64,000 bases of DNA from Leucoraja ocellata (taxonomy: Eukaryota), in NCBI GenBank assembly GCA_036785375.1, contig JAWMAR010000391.1, positions 1,178,001-1,242,000 of the forward strand, in the 5' to 3' direction. The notes under the pieces are model-generated. The model had not been told where the DNA came from. It did no database searches and saw only the letters and a list, made by a program, of their open reading frames with translations. Made by a program: the position numbers and the translations under genes. This document shows positions 1 to 12,912 of the stretch, one piece after another (positions within the stretch are counted from its first letter, which is position 1; the number at the start of each line of letters is the position of its first letter).

Positions 1-1037
1 TGAGTAAAAAATAATATAAATAGTTTCTGTGACATATAGCAACTCAGGTTAGGAGCTGTGAATATTTCTGTCCTGGGCTCTGATAAGTGTTGTTTTTCTG
101 TTTTTACTTCCTCATGACTCTTTGAACAAGGAATATGCAGATAAGACGCGGGCTTTACACTGACTGTAGCCCCAGAGTCATTTGGTGGAGCAGCCCTGGG
201 TACTGTTTTGTTAAGCCCTGTCTTCCCCCTGAGATGGTGTCACATTACCGCAATGATAACACACACACACACTGATGTCCACAAATGACAGTGAAAGGAG
301 AATGGTGATTTGGAGCTTTTAAAAGTTACCAACAAGAGTTGGAAAGTTTTACCCTTAGATCACATCACAACTTAATTTCTACAATTTACAAAAGGGGGGG
401 ATTTTGATTGTAAGCAGCTGAAAATTTGGAGCAAATCTGATTGTACAGCTGTAGTTTCGACCAGGCTTTTGACCCTGCTGGTCAGGCTGACCTCTGCGCT
501 CAGACAGTCTGAGGCCTGCTTGCTGTGTGATGATAGTGTGGGACGAGACACACAATAGAGGATGGAAATTTCTCCCATTGATTGCAGACTGGGGGAGGGG
601 GTGAGGGGAATGTGCAGCCACAGTAACTTCCTCTTGATATGGGGCATGCTTCACTCCAGCCAACCCACCCAAGTGGGAGAATACTTTCAATGTGTCATGG
701 ACAACCAGGAACTGCGGCCAATTTAATGTTTTTGTCTCATTGCCAACCTTAATCCCACCGGCAGCTTTTGGTCTTTGCAATTTGTAGAACACGTGCTGAT
801 TTACTCTGACACTAAATGTGAAGATTCTGCATTGTAATTTATGTAACTCTGCATGGAGAGGGTGCAAGAATAAGCAACCATTATGCAAATGATGGTAATC
901 AGTGTCATGAAGCAAGTGAGGAAAAACCCCTCCCAGATGCTGATGGAGCAGATACTTCCCTGTGCCATAACTGGGGACAAGTAGACAAAGCAACCTATCG
1001 ATCCAAAGGATCTGGTTGGCAGAGTGGCATGAATCCT

Positions 1038-1263
1038 AGGGTCTCGACCCAAAATGTCACCCTATTCCTTTTCTCCAGAAATGCTGTCTGACCCGTTGAT
1101 TTACTCTGGCATTTTGTGTGTCTCTTCGATTATAAACAGTGGCGGACTGGGTCTAAAAATATTGGTTGCCAGGAGACAAAGGGGGCCCACTTGCCATCGG
1201 GCAAGCTGACACCCTGGCCAGTCCGCTACTGGATATAAACCAACATCAGCAGTTCCTTCCTAC
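1038..1263 (+). mobile_element. Penelope-like terminal repeat fragment interrupted by a MITE
   Basis: GGGTCTCGACCCAAAATGTCACC...AGAAATGCTGTCTGACCCG...GCAGTTCCTTCCTAC is the same repeat seen many times in the window. Confidence 0.6.
1137..1231. mobile_element. 95-bp hAT-like MITE
   Basis: TIRs CAGTGGCGGACTGG / CCAGTCCGCTACTG (13/14 match). Flanking 8-mers ATTATAAA and GATATAAA form an imperfect TSD. Confidence 0.75.
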
Positions 1264-1340
1264 GCATAAATCAGGAACTGTTAGTTACAAAGACAGTCAT
1301 ATTAAAATCAAACTTTATTTTCAGTACATCCCACGGTCCT

Positions 1341-1547
1341 GTCACAGGGTGGCACAGCGGTAAGAGTTGCCAGCTTACAGCACCAGAGACCTGTGTTCAA
1401 TCCTAAGTGCGGGTGCTGTCTGTGCGGAGTTTGCACGTTCTCCCGGTGGGCGTGTGGGTTTTTTCATGGTGCTCTGGTTTTGTTCCCACATTCTAAAGAC
1501 GTGCGGATTTGTCGGTCAATTGCCTCGTATCTCTAAACGAAACTGAA
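1341..1547 (+). mobile_element. tRNA-derived SINE (HE1/V-SINE-like), internally deleted
   Basis: A-box-like GGTGGCACAGCGGT, B-box-like GTTCAATCC, central TGTGCGGAGTTTGCACGTTCTCCC, and an AAACT-type tail. Confidence 0.8.
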
Positions 1548-2394
1548 TGAAACAGAATTCAACTTGTTGTCACAAATACTCAAACTTGTGAACTTCAAAG
1601 CAGTAATGGCACCTCACACGGGTAATGCACAAAAGAAGGTTTATTTAGATACTGACATCTGCCTTTGCTGTGCGTTTTCTCTCCAGATAAGCAGGGATGC
1701 CAGTGCATTTATCAGCTATCATCCCACCACCAGCCTCTTTAAATTGCTCCATGCCTGAGCTCCCCAATAAGTCCCAGTGATGAAAGTGATGCAGCTGACC
1801 TGGCAACAGCACTAGAGGTGACCTGAGCTACAGCGGGTTTGAAGCCAGCTGTAGGTTTATTTTCTGTGTTAAATATAACTCCTCTTCAGTGGCCTTTCAC
1901 TTCACCTCAATTATGACCTCTGTGAAAGATCACAGGACACAATCAGGCTGCTAATCTCTTAAAAGCAATGCTTCCTTTCTGTGTATCAATGGCATTGATG
2001 ATGATGCTTTGAATATCCCTGTTATCAGTTCACTAGGACTCGGTCTTGTATCAGCTTACTAACCCTGATAACTAGTGTTGAACCTATGATCCTCTGGAAT
2101 GCCTAATGGTGCCCCTGTTTTACGAAGTTCTTATCCATCTGCAGAATAGTTAAACATTCAGCCAACCAGATGATTCATGCATCAACATTAATTACTGTTC
2201 AATGCTTCATTCCACACACAAGATTTTGCTCTGTAGTATTCCAAAGGAGGTCATCACAAAGAATTTTGTGGTGTTGTTGAGACATTGTTCAGTGCCATAG
2301 AAATGAAAGTCTTTTTTTGAAAGTTTTAAGTTATAAAACATGGTAACCAGTTCGCATCTATGAAATGAAAGACCACTTTCAGATGTGCTGTGAT

Positions 2395-2580
2395 AGCATA
2401 TGATGAGCATATGATGAGCGTTTGACGGCACTGGGCCTGTACTAGCTGGAGTTTAGAAGAATGAGTGGGAACCTCATTGAAAATTACCGAATAGTGAAAA
2501 GCCTGGATAGGGTGGAAGTGGAGAGGATGTTTCCACAAGTGTGAGAGTCTAGGACAAGAGGTCATAGCCTCAGAATTAAA
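2395..2580 (+). mobile_element. CR1-type LINE 3' fragment
   Basis: CTGGAGTTTAGAAGAATGAG...GAGTCTAGGACAAGAGGTCATAGCCTCAGAAT is the typical C-terminal part of CR1 ORF2. Confidence 0.75.
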
Positions 2581-3098
2581 GTTTGGGTCAGTACCCTTCT
2601 TCGGACTAATGGAGTAGAGGGGAGATATTTGGTAGGAGAGGGTTGAGCTGTGGGGCAAGTTTGGCAAGTGACGGGTGGACACGGGCAAGGAGGGTTGATG
2701 GGCAGATAGGTGGAGATAGTGACAAATGTTAGAGGAGAAATGGAGAGAAAGGCACCAAATATGGGAGTAAGAGGAGTGAAATGTAAAGCCAGAGAGAGGA
2801 TAAAGGTGGAAGGGAACAGGGGAAAGATGGGGGATTAAAGGGAAATTCTTGTAATATTACAATCACAAGCAAATTAATCAAAGATTATGAAAAATACTTT
2901 GGAAACAATGGGCAAAGTTGTCTGATTACCTATCATTATATTTTATAGCCAGAAGACTGATTCCTGCAGCTTTGCTGTATGTATGAACATTTTAGTCATT
3001 TTTGATTGTATACACAGGAATTTGAAGGGGGAGATTTGGAAATATTGGCATGGACCAGTTGGGTCATTTGGCCTATTTCAATGCTGCAGATTTAATGT

Positions 3099-3245
3099 TT
3101 AAGAAGGAACTGCAGATGCTGGAAAATCGAAGGTAGACAAAAATGCTGGAGTAACTCAGCGGGTGCAGCAGCATCTATGGAGCGAATTTCCTTCGCTCCA
3201 TAGATGCTGCTGCACCCGCTGAGTTCCTCCAGCATTTTTGTGTAC
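3099..3245. mobile_element. Foldback Penelope-like insertion with 15-bp TSD
   Basis: Direct repeat CTGCAGATTTAATGT at 3084-3098 and 3246-3260. Internal inverted arms 3132-3186 and 3192-3246. Confidence 0.8.
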
Positions 3246-3887
3246 CTGCAGATTTAATGTCCTGTTTCAGTGCTATATATTCCCCGATCAGTTGCACAGT
3301 GATAACACGTGCCACTAATTTTGAATAATCTCATGAAACTGATCATGAGATTGATCATTGCTTTCCCATCTACAGCAGATCTGTAGGACCTAGTAATAAA
3401 ACAAACTGAATATCGAGGGCTGGACTTGGAGAAACTTGTGCTTGAAAAATAATTTAGAAACAACATGGTATTTGGATAGCATATTGATAGGATCAAGATA
3501 AAGTGCTTTAAGATTCTAATTGTGACCATTCGGATTGTATTTGATTAAGCAGCATCCTCGCACGTCTATTATTTCATTCGTGTAAGCTTCAATTTTTAGT
3601 ATATTTAAAATATTTTATAGAGAGGGAAACAATGATTGGATCATGTATATGTATAAAGGTAGAAGGCAAAATATATGTAGAATCCTAACTATATTAACAC
3701 AACAGTTTAAAATAATAAATCTGAGGAAGTTAAGTCTTTACACGTTAAAACATTCCTTTATAGTTGTTCAGGAATTATTATGACAGCATGCCGTTTAAAA
3801 ACTTCCTTATACCGCATTTATAAGCCATGAAATACATCCTGATTCTTTACAATAATGTATTCTACTTTACATTAATTTCAGGCACTG

Positions 3888-4060
3888 TGCTGGAGTAACT
3901 CAGCGTGTCAGGCAGCATCTCTGGAGAACATGGATAGGCAACGTTTCTGGTCCTGACCCAAAACGTCACCTATCCACGTATATAGATGCTGCCTGGCCCA
4001 CTGAGTTACTCCAGCGCTTTGTGTCTTTTTTTGTAAACCAGCATCTCAGTTTCTTGTATT
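3888..4060. mobile_element. Inverted pair of Penelope-like repeats
   Basis: TGCTGGAGTAACTCAG...GCAGCATCT...AACGTTTCTGGTC followed by GACCCAAAACGTC...AGATGCTGCC...CTGAGTTACTCCAGC. Confidence 0.7.
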
Positions 4061-4307
4061 TACATTTCAGTTCCATTGAAAACCATTGCCTGTCAATAGC
4101 ATACATAAAAATCATGGCTGATGAGAGCAAAGTTCTATGGGCTGCCACCACAGTATAATATTTGCTACATTTAGCACTGCTGACTTGAGATAAATCCTTA
4201 GGCATTACCATTTCAGTGGAACTTTGCTGTCAGAATATAAGTGTTGAAGTCCTACTTGTTTTACTAATTCTGCACTACTTTCCTTTGCAAACACGGCTTT
4301 ATATATC

Positions 4308-4626
4308 AGTTTAGTTTAGTTTAGCGATACAGCATGGAAATAGGTCCTTCGTCCCATTGAGTCCATGGCAACCCGTTCACACCAGTTCTATGTAATCCCA
4401 TTTTCGCATCCTCTCCTTACATGCTGGGGGCAATTTACACAGGCCGATTAACTAACAAACCCGCATATCTTTGTGATGTGGGAGGAAGCCAGAGCACCCA
4501 GAGGAAACTCACGTGGTCATAGAGAGAACGTGCAAACTCCACACAGACAGCACATGAGGTCAAAATCGAACCCGTATCTCTGGCGCTGTGAGGCAGCATC
4601 TCTACCAGACGTGCCACTGTGCTGCC
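4308..4626 (-). mobile_element. HE1/V-SINE-like SINE, near full length
   Basis: (AGTTT)n tail on the left, GAGAACGTGCAAACTCCACACAGACAGCAC core, tRNA-like head on the right. Confidence 0.85.
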
Positions 4627-7600
4627 ACTTGTAACTAATAAGTTTCATCGATAACAGTTTTGGGGTTTCTATATTTATATGAACATATAAATTATCTGAG
4701 TTCCTGTTAATTCCACAAAATAATGCTGGTAGTTTCTCTATTTTAAAGCCTCCAGTTCTGAGCCATTATCATTGTGTGTAATGTGTGTGAGAGTTAGTGG
4801 ATAGATGTGACAGATCATGGCACCATCTAGTGGACTCATCTGAGATGACTTTCAGTACCTGGTGCTGCCACTAAATTTGGTCCCCACATTACAAATCCGA
4901 TGAAAAAAGTAATTATTGGGAATTGGTTTTGCATTTCCACCAGTTTCCACCCTTACATGTTTCAAAAATGAAGGAACTTCTTTCTCCGAGAGACTGAACA
5001 AAGCAAATTTTTCATCTCATTTGTGTGAACAGCAAACATCACTGCGACATTATGTTGGAAAACCCGGCAATCGGTTTCTTGCTAGGAGATGGTAATTGAA
5101 GAAGGATGAGGTCCTTGTCACCCAGAGTACAGAGTACAGCTGTAAGTGCAGGAAAAATTATAACGGCAATTGCTGATACAGAGATTAAAAATATTGGAGG
5201 TGATTGGAAAATCTCTTTAACTGAGATACATGACTCTTCAATTCTGGAAATATTGAATGTCCCTTTAGTTACATTATCATGCAAATGTATATCTGAATGA
5301 ACCAACATTTTCTATTAAACTCATTGGGAATAAACAGCTTGATGATCCAATCCATGTTTCACCTTGGTAGATCTAATTGGGCAATGATGTCATACATAAA
5401 AAGGTTCACTTCTTGGGGGAAAGCTATGGGGAGGCCCCTGGGGTGTCGCACGCACACGCACACAACTTTTTTGCTTGTTTATTATATAATTTACAGAGCA
5501 CTATGTTTACATATTCTGTTGTGCTACTGCAAGTAAGAATTTCATTGTTCAATCTGGGATATATGACAATAAAACACTCTTAACTCTTGAGTTCGGCACT
5601 GCAAACTAGGGCAGTGAATAGCATTAAGATCTGGAACCTCAAGCTGATTTTTCCTTCCTTTATCTATCAGCAGTGAAGCTAATTCAGGGGACTTGTAATT
5701 GAGTTAGCAGACTCTCTGCAGAGCACCCCACTGTGGTATCGACATGGCCCTATAGCATCTCTCTGTTCATGCATCCTGAACAGTAATCCGATCATAATGC
5801 CGATCTTCATAACAAAAAGAGTAAACGCACAAAGGGGGACATAACCTTTACTGCTGCGTGCCTTCTCATCTTCTGACCTTCTTTAGACCAGTATTCCACT
5901 TTAACTACCTCAACGTCTGCACCTGTAGCTGCCAAGTATGAACACCAAATCAAAGCCATACAGATTGTTCCAGTAGCTGCTTCATTACTTTATTATAGTT
6001 TCAGATGAGGGTGATGGTTAGATACACATTCACTCACAAACATTTGAGTGAAATGTTAGAAGTGAGCCTGGTGTGATAATTTTTTTTTTACTGAGCCAGA
6101 GAATTGGTTTTGTCAATGCCAATACTGTTGGACTGGAAATGTAGATAATTTTCTTTCAAACTAAACTTTTTACCTGGTAATCAAGAGTCACCAAATGTAC
6201 AAAATATAAAACTTAAATTTAACAGACTTGGATTAAAGTACCAGCTTAGTTTAGCTTAGAGATACAGCATGGAAACAGACCCTTCGGCCCGCCAAGTCCA
6301 TGCCAACCATCGATCACCCACCCATCCTGTTCTACACACTCGGGACAATTTACAGAAGCCAATAAACCTACTAACCTTCACCTCTTTGGAATTCTTGGAA
6401 CCCGAAGGAATTTTCCTTTAAATTCTTAACACTTCTATTAATATAAAGGCCCGTGGTACCTTCTTAAATGCCTTTATTGTTATAGGTATAAAGTCACATT
6501 TACATAGGTAATAACAATACATTTTCTAGATACTTTTGATTCACTGTTTATGCTGAAAAGCATAATTCTGCATCTCCCATGCATAGTACCATTGAGGCAG
6601 ATTATTCCATTGTGTTAAATGGGTTGTGTTTTATACTGAGGATTTAATTCATTAAATTAAAATTAGCATTCAGTAATTATACTTACATTCATTGTTAAAT
6701 AGAAGGGAAATAACTATTCAAAAAATGCAGCATTGTCACAAAGACATAATTAAAGGGGAGAAGGGAATTCTGACCAGGAAAGAGGAGATTAACCCGACAT
6801 TCATGGTATTCTAAAAAAATAAAACACAATTCATGGAATGTTCCCCAGTGCCCATCGAGCAATGCATGCCTTAACACAATAAGCTTTCCCAATTAGAAAC
6901 AGAGCAGTAGAAACAGTAAGATAAGCCTCTCAACATGAGGGAGATTAAGAAAACTATGGCTAACTGAATGCACAGAACTCACCAGGAACCGAACTGCTGG
7001 ATGTACAATTATCTCAGCTATGCAAGAAAGTAATTGCTCTGAAAATACCTATTAAAAGATTAAAGGTTTGGGGCAGCAATTTCAGCACTGAGATGGAATG
7101 GGATATTTTGACAAGCTAGTTATGGATCTTCTGATGTCCCTATGACTCCTCCGTTCCCTTTCACCAGACGTTCACTGCTCTTCCAAATTTTCTGCACCCG
7201 ACATCCACAACCTCCATCCCCATCTCCAATCATGATTACCGGTGTCTCCATTTCTATGTCCCTGTTGCTCTCTAACTATATCTGGGCCTTAATTGCCTGA
7301 CAGAGAAGTCAGCCTGACTGACCGGAAATTGAGTCAAACAATGCTGTTCCTCCAGACTTCTCGTTACCTGAAGGAACATATTTGCCCATGTTTCCTTGCG
7401 CTCAAAGCTGTCTCCCGTCACCATAACCCATCTCTATCTTCAACTATTCCAGCTAATATGACAGATGAATGACAAAAGTTAGGGGGAAATTAACCTGTCA
7501 AGTAAACAAAATCACATTAGACAATGAAAAGAAATCATACATCAAACATTCTTTGGCTTTTGGCTGAAATGCGCCGATGGATTTTTCAAGTGAAATGCCG

Positions 7601-8235
7601 CAGTTGGTTTTGGCTAGAATGCTGTTTGCTATTGTGATTTCAATCAGATACATCAATCATATAAAATGTCCATGGAGTCACTGAGTCAACAGCAGGAAAC
7701 AGGCCATTTGCCCCACCAATTCCACACCAACCAATGGACACCCATGCAGATTAATCCCATTTTCTAACAATAATTCAAACAGAATAAAAGAACAAAGTGT
7801 CCTATGCCTAAGTGAATATCTAGGCCATTAAATGCTGTCAATGCCACAGCTTCCATCACTCACTGGGAGTTTGTTCCAGGTAATCACCACTCTCTGGATG
7901 AAGAATGTTCCCCCTCAGATCTCATCAAATTCTCTTACTCCTTACCCTTAATCTGTGTCCTTATTTGCCTGTAGCATTATTTGTCTTTGATAATGGGAGA
8001 AGTTTCCTGCAGTGTACCCTATCTATATCACTCATAACTTCCTGTACCTCAATCATATCTACTTTTAACCTCTACCACACCACTCTCTCTACTTGGCTCC
8101 CATTGCAGCCAGGGATATATCCCATCCGACCCTGGAGATTTATCCTCCACATAGCGCATTAGAAATTTGAGTAAATCATATTTATATATGGAGACGTGCT
8201 ACAATTTAACATACCCTTTCACTGAATTCTACAGC

Positions 8236-8357
8236 AAAGAACTGCAAATGCTGGTTTAAATCAAAGGTAGGCACAAAATGCTGAAGTAACTCAACGGGAC
8301 AGGCAGCATTTCTGGAGAGAAGCAATGGGTGACGTTTCGGGTCGACCCTTCTTTAGA
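8236..8357 (-). mobile_element. Penelope-like terminal repeat copy with mutated hammerhead core
   Basis: Minus strand reads TCTAAAGAAGGGTCGACCCGAAACGTCACCC...AAATGCTGCCTGTCCCG. Confidence 0.65.
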
Positions 8358-8434
8358 TATAACATTGATGTTCGTGGAACCTTGTTATCTGTAAATTTAG
8401 CTGTTATCTGATTTATAATACTTCTCCGTTGATT

Positions 8435-8800
8435 GTCATCTTGTTGTGGTGGAGAAGCTTTTGTGGTCCTAAGATCCTGAGAGCGATGCCGTCTGGAGCT
8501 ATGCTCCTGGTAGGGCCACCCATGGCAGTACGGTCGAAGGGGAGGACTCAGACGAAGAGAAATCAAACCAAGACCTCAACGGTGGAACAGGCGGAGGATG
8601 ATGGCTGATCTTAGTGGAGCGTCACAACGGCTGGGAAGGCGGATGAAGGCTGCAGCAGAAAAGGGTCTCCGGTCGTCTTGGACTCCATGCCACTGGATCT
8701 TGACCCAGATATGTCAAGGACTATGTGGTGGCTGTCTGTGCACCAGTCTCCCCACGTTAAAGTCACGCACAGGCGTCCTCCAACCCTGGAGACACCCATG
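8435..8800 (+). mobile_element. 5' region of an RTE-clade (Rex3/Expander-like) LINE or derived SINE
   Basis: CTTGTTGTGGTGGAGAAGCTT...GAGCGATGCCGTCTGGAGCTATGCTCCTGGTAGGGCCACCCATGGC...CAGACGAAGAG resembles recalled RTE 5' UTRs. CpG-richer than its flanks. Confidence 0.5.
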
Positions 8801-11329
8801 GTCAGCCATGATCGAGAGGGGCCTAAGATGGATTTATAATGCACCAATGAGAGGAGTGATGGTCCAAAATGATAATCCATTTTCTCTCTCCATGGACTGG
8901 CAGATCTATTGTTTCCTGCATTTTTTTTCTGGTTTGTTTACAAAGCACTTGTTTGGCGCTAAAGTGCTTTGGAAAGTCCTGAGATCTGCAAGTTACTTCT
9001 TTCTCAGATCATGGAGAGAGCAGAGGGCTAAATATCAGCAGTTTAGATTATTAATTAGATTTTGATGAAGGATTTTTGATCTGAAAAGTGAACTCTTGTA
9101 TTTCTTCTGATAGATGTGGCTGAACCTGCTGGGTATATCCAGCATTTTGTATTTTTATTATGAATTAGGTGCTTTGCTGAAAATGCTACATTAAAAAAAA
9201 GCTCAATGTTATTTTGTTGAAAATGAAGAATGCAGAAATATGACTAAGTATGGGAGGCAACAGCAACCCACTGACTGTAAGTACCAGTCTTCCATTCTCT
9301 TTGTCTCTACTATAATTTGTATTCAAAACACTAACTAAGAACTTCCATCTGAATTATGTACGTTACATTGTAATAAACTGAAAGTAATCTAATAATGAAG
9401 CATGACAGAATACTTGACCAGTGTAAGGCATTCAACAGTCCAATCTGAATCAGAAGGGTCAGCAGTTCAGTCCTAACATGATTCTCTGTGTCCGTCAACA
9501 TAAAAACATTAATTGTATTTGAACTTTTGTGGTCCAAGACCACAGATAAGGGTGAAAGAAATAGATGGATTAGCTGTGCATAATATGTGCAGTGGCTATG
9601 ATGCATAGTCACAATACACATGGAGTGAGGGAACATGGTACATTGAGTCATTACGATAAAGTGGTTTGGCTTCTGTTTCAGATGAACGTAATGAAGAATG
9701 TGGTGGCCCAAATAGTCATCTGCCCACGGGTAAAAACTGTGAATGGTCATGCATGTTTCTCCTGATTAACAAAGAGGTTCGGTTCTTTTAAAAAAAACCT
9801 TGGTTTGCAAAAAAATGGCATCAACAGAAGATATTGCAAACATGTCATTTACATGGATGATACCAGTTACCATAACAAGTTACCATGTAAAGAAAATGTC
9901 AGAATATCATCATTCTCTTGCCAATAAGGAAAGGTAAATCTGATGCTGGATTTAACAAGCTGAAAATACAATCCGTAATGTACAAGTCATTCAACCGGGG
10001 GCTATTTTTGGCAGATGGAGGAGCATGTATGCTCCAGACAATTTCCATTCCATTTTAAATGGCTTGTTTATTTCATTGATTATTTCCCATTTACCTAACC
10101 AAGGAGATGTTAAGACAACATTTTTCACTGTATTTTGGTGCATGTGAGAATAATAAACCAATACCATGTTATATTTCACTGGTTTCATGGGCCTGTATTT
10201 GAAAAATTAGTCTCCAACTGAACAAAACAAAAACTCTGATCAGTGATTAATTATACAAAGCCTGGTATTTTAGTGACGATTTGTTCAGTTAATCTGTTCA
10301 TTAATTGGGAGAGACCTTTCATTTATTAGTTCTAACTGTATGTAACTCAATGTGTTCAAACCCACAGTGTGCTCCTTGTTAGACTCTTGATCATCAGGAG
10401 CACATATAATAGTGAGGGAGAATAGATGGGCAGTGCTTAATAGGCGGAAAGCTTGTGAATCTCAGTTGCAATTTGTGTGTGAAGCTGGTGACTTTGGGGC
10501 ATTAAGATTTCGCGAGAAGAGCATTACATCAACATCTCTGGACCATCAATGGTATTGAATCCACAATAATACTCGGTAGTTATATTAATGTGCATGCTTA
10601 TCACACGAAAATAACATACTTGAACATTCTACTCTGTATGCTTACTAAAATGTAAACAATTAGAAACACATCTTGGCCCAAAATAAATTACAGTCACAGA
10701 GTCATACAGATACACAGTACAGAACTGTGCCCTTTGACACATCACTTACATCACAGTCATTCCTTCTTCTATCTTTGTTTAAATCAGGACATTTTGCTGG
10801 TGTAATTTATGTCTCGGAACTTGAAGCTCTCGAACATTTCCATTTCAGCGCCATTGATGCAGACGAGGGTGAGTACTCCACTCGGCTTCCAATATTAATG
10901 GCTAGTTCCTTCATTTTGCTGACATTAAGGAAGAGGTTGTTGTCTTAATACCATGTTACTAAGCTCTCTTTCTCCTCTCTGTATTCCTTCTCTTCATTGT
11001 TCGAGACTGGCCCACTGCACTGTCTATATCTATTGTTTCTCTTTCCCCTGACTAGTCAGAAGAAGTGTCTCGACCAGAAACGCCACGTAATCCTTCTCTC
11101 CAGAGATGTTGCCTGTAACAACGTAAGTTACTCCAGCATTTTGTGTCTATCTTTGGTTTAAACCAGCATCTGCAGTTCCTTCCTACCCACTGCACTGGTG
11201 TCATCTGAAAACGTAAATGGAATTAGAGCAGAATTCCGTCACAGGAAATCAAATTTATTCAGTCTCTCCTCGTAACTGAAACATTCCATCAGAGACAACA
11301 CTTTTTGTGATTCTCCTCTGCATGCGTTT

Positions 11330-12090
11330 GGATAACAATGTTGTTAACATGGTTAGTAAGTTTGCAGATAACATCAAAACTGGTGATACAGTGGACAGTG
11401 AAGAGGGTTATCTAAGATGATAATAGTATCCAGATGACCTGAGGAATTGGCCCAAAGAATGGAGATGAAATTTAACTCATAGAAATGTGAGATGCTGCAA
11501 ATGGGTAAGTTAAATCGGGTAGAACTTACACATTAAATGATGGGGCCCTCTAATGTGTTTCAGAACAGAGAGATATAAGTGTGCAAATACATAGTTCCAT
11601 AAATGTGGCAATGCAGGTTGCAGGCATTGAAAAAGATACACTGGCCTTCTTCCATCAAGGAAATATTGCAGGAGTTGGGATGTCACGTACCAACTGTACT
11701 AGTTGTTTATGAGACCACACTTGGAGTATTGTGCACTGTTCTGGTCACCAAACAGGAATTAAAGTCATTAAGCTGGAAGGGGTAGAAAAAGTTTCACAAG
11801 GATGTTACAAGGACTGGAAGGCTTGGGTTATAGGATAGGCTGGGACTTTTTTCCCTGGAACATAGGAGACTAAAAGGTGACCTTATAGAGATAAATATAT
11901 ACCCGTACTGTATAAAATCATAAGGGGTGCAAATAAGGTGGATGGCCATAGTCCTTTTACAAAGGTAGTAGGCACTAAAATTAGAGGAATAGATTTAAGG
12001 TGAGAAGGAAAAGATTTAAGAGACCTGAGGGACAATGTATTTCACACAGAGGTGCTGGGTATATGGAACTTGCTGCTAGAGGAAACTGGA
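11330..12090 (+). mobile_element. Decayed CR1 LINE RT/3' region
   Basis: AAGTTTGCAGATAAC (KFAD-), GAGACCACACTTGGAGTATTGTGCAC (RPHLEYC), with many stops. Confidence 0.8.
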
Positions 12091-12286
12091 GGTGAGTTCA
12101 AGTTGTACCATAAATATACTTGTTCTTATACTCTTCACGGCAGACCATGAGGCTAATATTCTGCATGCCTTAAAATAAACAAAATGCTGGAGTAACTCAA
12201 TGGGTTAGGCACAATCTCAGGAGAACATGGATAGGTGATGTTTTGGGTAGGGACCCTTCCTTGCATTTTCCTTCCATTTTGTATCT

Positions 12287-12912
12287 TTAGTTCAGTTTAG
12301 TTCAGAGATACAGCATGGAACCAAGTCTTTCAGCCCACACTGACCATCCATCACCCGTTTTACACTAGTTTTATGATATCTCATTCGCTACAAACTAGGG
12401 GCAATTTACAGAGGAAAATTAACTTGCATACCTGCACGACTTTGGGATATGGGAGAAAACTGGAGCACCCGGAGGAAATTCACGTGGTCACTGGAAGAAT
12501 GTTCCCGATGTTGGGGGAGTCCAGAACCAGGGGCCACAGTTTAAGAATAAGGGGTAAGCCATTTAGAACGGAGACGAGGAAACACTTTTTCTCACAGAGA
12601 GTTGTGAGTCTGTGGAATTCTCTGCCTCAGAGGGCGGTGGAGGCAGGTTCTCTGGATGCTTTCAGGAGAGAGCTAGATAGGGCTCTTAGAGATAGCGGAG
12701 TGAGGGGCTATGGGGAGAAGGCAGAAACGGGGTACTGATTGGGGATGATCAGCCATGATCACATTGAATGGCGGTGCTGGCTCGAAGAGCCAAATGGCCT
12801 ACTCCTGCACCTATTGTCTATAATGTGCAAACTCCACACAGACAGCATCCAAGATCAGGATCTAACCTGGGTCTCTGGGACTGTGGTGCAACAGCTCTAC
12901 CTGCTGTTCCAC
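12287..12912 (-). mobile_element. HE1-like SINE split by a young CR1 3' end (+, about 12497-12821)
   Basis: The SINE halves flank GESRTRGHSLRIRG...FFSQRVV.LWNSLPQ CR1 sequence ending CTATTGTCTAT. Confidence 0.85.

Noticed and set aside
379-993. 204-aa minus-strand ORF
   Set aside because: No ATG start and no recognisable domain. Likely a chance or antisense frame over decayed repeat sequence.
8598-9065. 155-aa ORF
   Set aside because: Starts inside an RTE-like repeat and runs into unrelated sequence; no domain recognised.
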